Below, piece by piece: positions 63,292 through 64,000 of a stretch of 64,000 nt of DNA (position 1 is the stretch's first letter; every line of letters begins with the position of its first letter). Position numbers and translations under genes: made by a program. The stretch comes from Hydrolagus colliei (taxonomy: Eukaryota), in contig CM068756.1 of the NCBI GenBank assembly GCA_035084275.1, positions 14,508,001 through 14,572,000 of the forward strand, given 5' to 3'. A model generated the notes under the pieces. That model saw only the letters and a program-made list of their open reading frames with translations. It was not told the DNA's origin and did not search any database.

Positions 63292-64000
63292 ATTTCTAAC
63301 CGCCTGGCGCGACTGATCTGAAGCTGTTGCTGGTCTATAATATGCATTTGCAGATTGATGTGAAATACATTTTGTGACGTTTGACTTCCTCTCTCTTCAG
63401 GAATGGTCAATTGGTTAATAGGCTGTAGCGATTTACACCGAAACAGTGGTTTAGGATTGCATCAGCAAAAGCTTGAGAGGCTCGTCGAAAAAAATATGAT
63501 ACGAACAAGATAAAATGTAATCGAAGTTGGGGGTTTAAAAATAACCTTCGCTTCTTGAATCTGAATGTTGGTTAAAGGAAGTCGTTCCCCACTATAATTT
63601 TTGGGATGAATTTTACGAGACACCTCTTTACCTTACAGTTGCGTCATATTTCTCTCTACTTTTAATACATACTAATTGTGAAACCTACTATAAATATGTT
63701 TCCATGTACATATTTCATCAGCGATTTTCTTTACAGGTTTCGTTTGATTGTTTGATTAAATAAGTATTTATTGATATCATGTTTGATTGAGGGTAAAGTG
63801 TAAGGCTAAAACTGCATCCATGTAAACTCTTTAAATACATTCAAACTGTTTTCTAACTTATGGAAAACAGCATATTATTGATTATTAATCCTCTCCTCAA
63901 TCATGGCCCGAACCTGCTTTCGGCCATGATTGAAGAGAAAAGCAGCAATAAATATATTGCAATATATTGTTCTTGATTTCATAATATTGCCACACAGCTT

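Overview
Eukaryotic, repeat-rich vertebrate genomic DNA. The repeat complement (CR1 LINEs with ATTCTATG tails, L2-like LINEs, Deu-type tRNA SINEs, Penelope-like palindromes) best fits a cartilaginous fish; this is an inference. The window holds a tandem cluster of five immunoglobulin-superfamily genes, all on the minus strand. I rebuilt them by hand from splice sites and exon phases. Each has a germline-joined VJ-type V exon (C...WWK...DxGxYxC...GxGSxLxV), and the four whose downstream exons lie in the window have an antigen-receptor-type C1 exon. Labels are my own: A1 (leader+V only, 4092-4642, continues off the left edge), B (leader-V-C1, no recognisable TM exon, 8938-13080), A2 (18352-25247, frameshifted), A3 (36259-44898, open 413-aa model) and A4 (56634-63291, open 362-aa model). 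A2-A4 have a TM exon and 2-3 duplicated cytoplasmic exons carrying ITIM/ITSM motifs. They look like non-rearranging, antigen-receptor-like (NKp30/SIRP/NITR-like) inhibitory receptors, with one possibly soluble light-chain-like member. Intergenic and intronic DNA contains an intact CR1 ORF2 insertion with its empty site in the paralog, nested CR1/L2/hAT insertions, a TIR element at a duplication breakpoint, a solo LTR, many SINEs and a triplicated ETS/RUNX non-coding element. No database searches were possible, so family names rest on motif recognition.
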